Shown here: positions 62,634-64,000 of the stretch, one piece after another
Position numbering within the stretch: the stretch's first letter is position 1
Layout of the letters: each line of letters begins with the position of its first letter
Notes under the pieces: model-generated
What the model was told of the DNA's origin: nothing
Database searches by the model: none
The model's input: only the letters and a program-made list of their open reading frames with translations
Assembly (NCBI GenBank): GCA_965644295.1
Contig: CBFFRP010000338.1
Coordinates: 186,001-250,000, forward strand
DNA from: Paraphysomonas bandaiensis
Taxonomy: Eukaryota > Protista > Chrysophyceae
Length of the DNA: 64,000 nucleotides
Direction: 5' to 3'
Made by a program: the position numbers and the translations under genes

Positions 62634-64000
62634 ATGACTGAAACATTGAACGAAGAGGACTTGTATGATGGATACTCTGCTGCTGATATATTCGCATCGA
62701 CTGAAGGACAGGTATGGATATATATATATATATATATATATTAAAGTATGTATATATGTATAAGATATACTGTATATTCATATATACGAATATACGTATA
62801 TGAATACATACATATATAATATTTCATATAAAACTAACCCTCATAAATAAACAGGGCATTACATTCGATGACCTTATCACACTTCCCGGTAGTATAGACT
62901 TCGGTATACTTTCATAATATATTCTCACTTCACTTCTTATGTATACATATATATATATATATAGGTGTACATGAAGTTCAACTTCATACTCATATTACAA
63001 AAAATATTACACTGAAAACTCCTATATGTTCAGCTCCAATGGATACTATAACAGAAGATCGTATGGCTATTAGTATGGCATTAAATGGAGGGATTGGATT
63101 TATACATTGTTTATGTAGTATTGATCAACAAGTTCATATGATTGATAGAGTGAAACGATATGAGAATGGATTTATATTAGATCCTGCTGTATTATCACCT
63201 GATCATACCATACAAGATTTAGATGATCTGAAAGACAGGATGGATATTACTGGGGTGCCTATTACAGTCAATGGAAAAATAGGATCAGAATTAATTGGAT
63301 TATGTACTCGACGTGATACTGATTTTATTACGGATAGAACTATTAAGATTAGAGATGTTATGACTCCAGTTAATGAACTTGTAACTGGTTTATATCCACT
63401 CTCTATTACTGCAGCTTTCAATATTCTTAAGGTAATGTATATTTGATAGTACTGATATAGGTTATAACTATTTTATTAGGAATGTAAGAAGGGGTATTTG
63501 CCTATTGTTGATAAGAATATGAATTTAAAAGCGCTTACAACTCGAACAGACCTGAAAAAGAATCGTGATTGTCCTCTAGCCACACAAGATAGTTCTGGGC
63601 GACTGATGGTAGGAGCAGCTGTGAATACTTCGGTTCAGCACCCTCTCGACCAAGAGAGGGCTCGTCGACTTTGTGAAGCAGGTGTTGACGCCATAGTGCT
63701 AGATGCACACAATGGCAGCAATTCCAGACAATTAGAAATGCTTAAATTTATCAAGCAAAACTATCCTCAGGTTGACGTAATTGCGGGAAACATAGTGTGT
63801 CCTGCCCAGGCGAAAGAGCTATTAGCAGCTGGTGCGGATGGCCTTAGAGTAGGAATGGGGGTTGGCTCTGTGGCAGTAACTCATCACCGCCGTGCTGTTG
63901 GTAGACCTCAACTTTCTGCCGTATACCATTGCTCAAGAATGGGCCGAGAAGCTGGAGTGCCGGTGATAGCAGACGGTGGCCTAAAAAATACAGGGACTGT
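62634..64000 (+). CDS. IMPDH: IMP dehydrogenase homologue with CBS domains, catalytic Cys replaced; runs off the window end
   Basis: GITFDDLITLPG, SAPMDT, GGIGFIH, VKRYENGFI, RTDLKKNRD, IAGNIV and PVIADGG. The active-site loop reads GMGVGSVAVT. Confidence 0.92.

Overview
This is AT-rich eukaryotic nuclear DNA with compact genes and short GT-AG introns (~45-140 nt). It is most likely from a flagellated stramenopile, based on the stramenopile-type calmodulin C-terminus and a tectonic gene. About 23 protein-coding genes can be supported. Recognisable ones are USP36/42, a BNR-repeat secreted protein, MAM33, PSME3IP1, an SLC17 transporter, eIF3c, MAPEG, Cdt1, an alpha/beta hydrolase, an MLO-like protein, a 7TM receptor, an SGNH hydrolase, a retropepsin, PPAT, tectonic, calmodulin and an IMPDH homologue; several others are orphans. 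Most genes are in head-to-head pairs. Intergenic DNA holds many non-autonomous hAT elements with 8-bp target-site duplications (TSDs), hAT and LINE remnants, an unclassified GC-rich SINE-like family and a ~0.9 kb (TATG)n microsatellite. The most notable observations are: (1) a gene-start-anchored zone of ~300-800 bp where synonymous sites are almost all A/T, next to a stereotyped promoter layout, suggesting a TSS-linked DNA modification or mutational system; (2) an IMPDH homologue with the catalytic Cys replaced by Ala; (3) a pair of orphan paralogues with a conserved RxxS-rich tail; (4) a membrane protein resembling a bacterial 'PTS sugar transporter' family; (5) two hAT MITEs inserted in tandem at one triplicated target. 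All homology calls come from motif recognition by eye and memory, with no database searches. Exon boundaries are inferred from splice motifs and reading frame.
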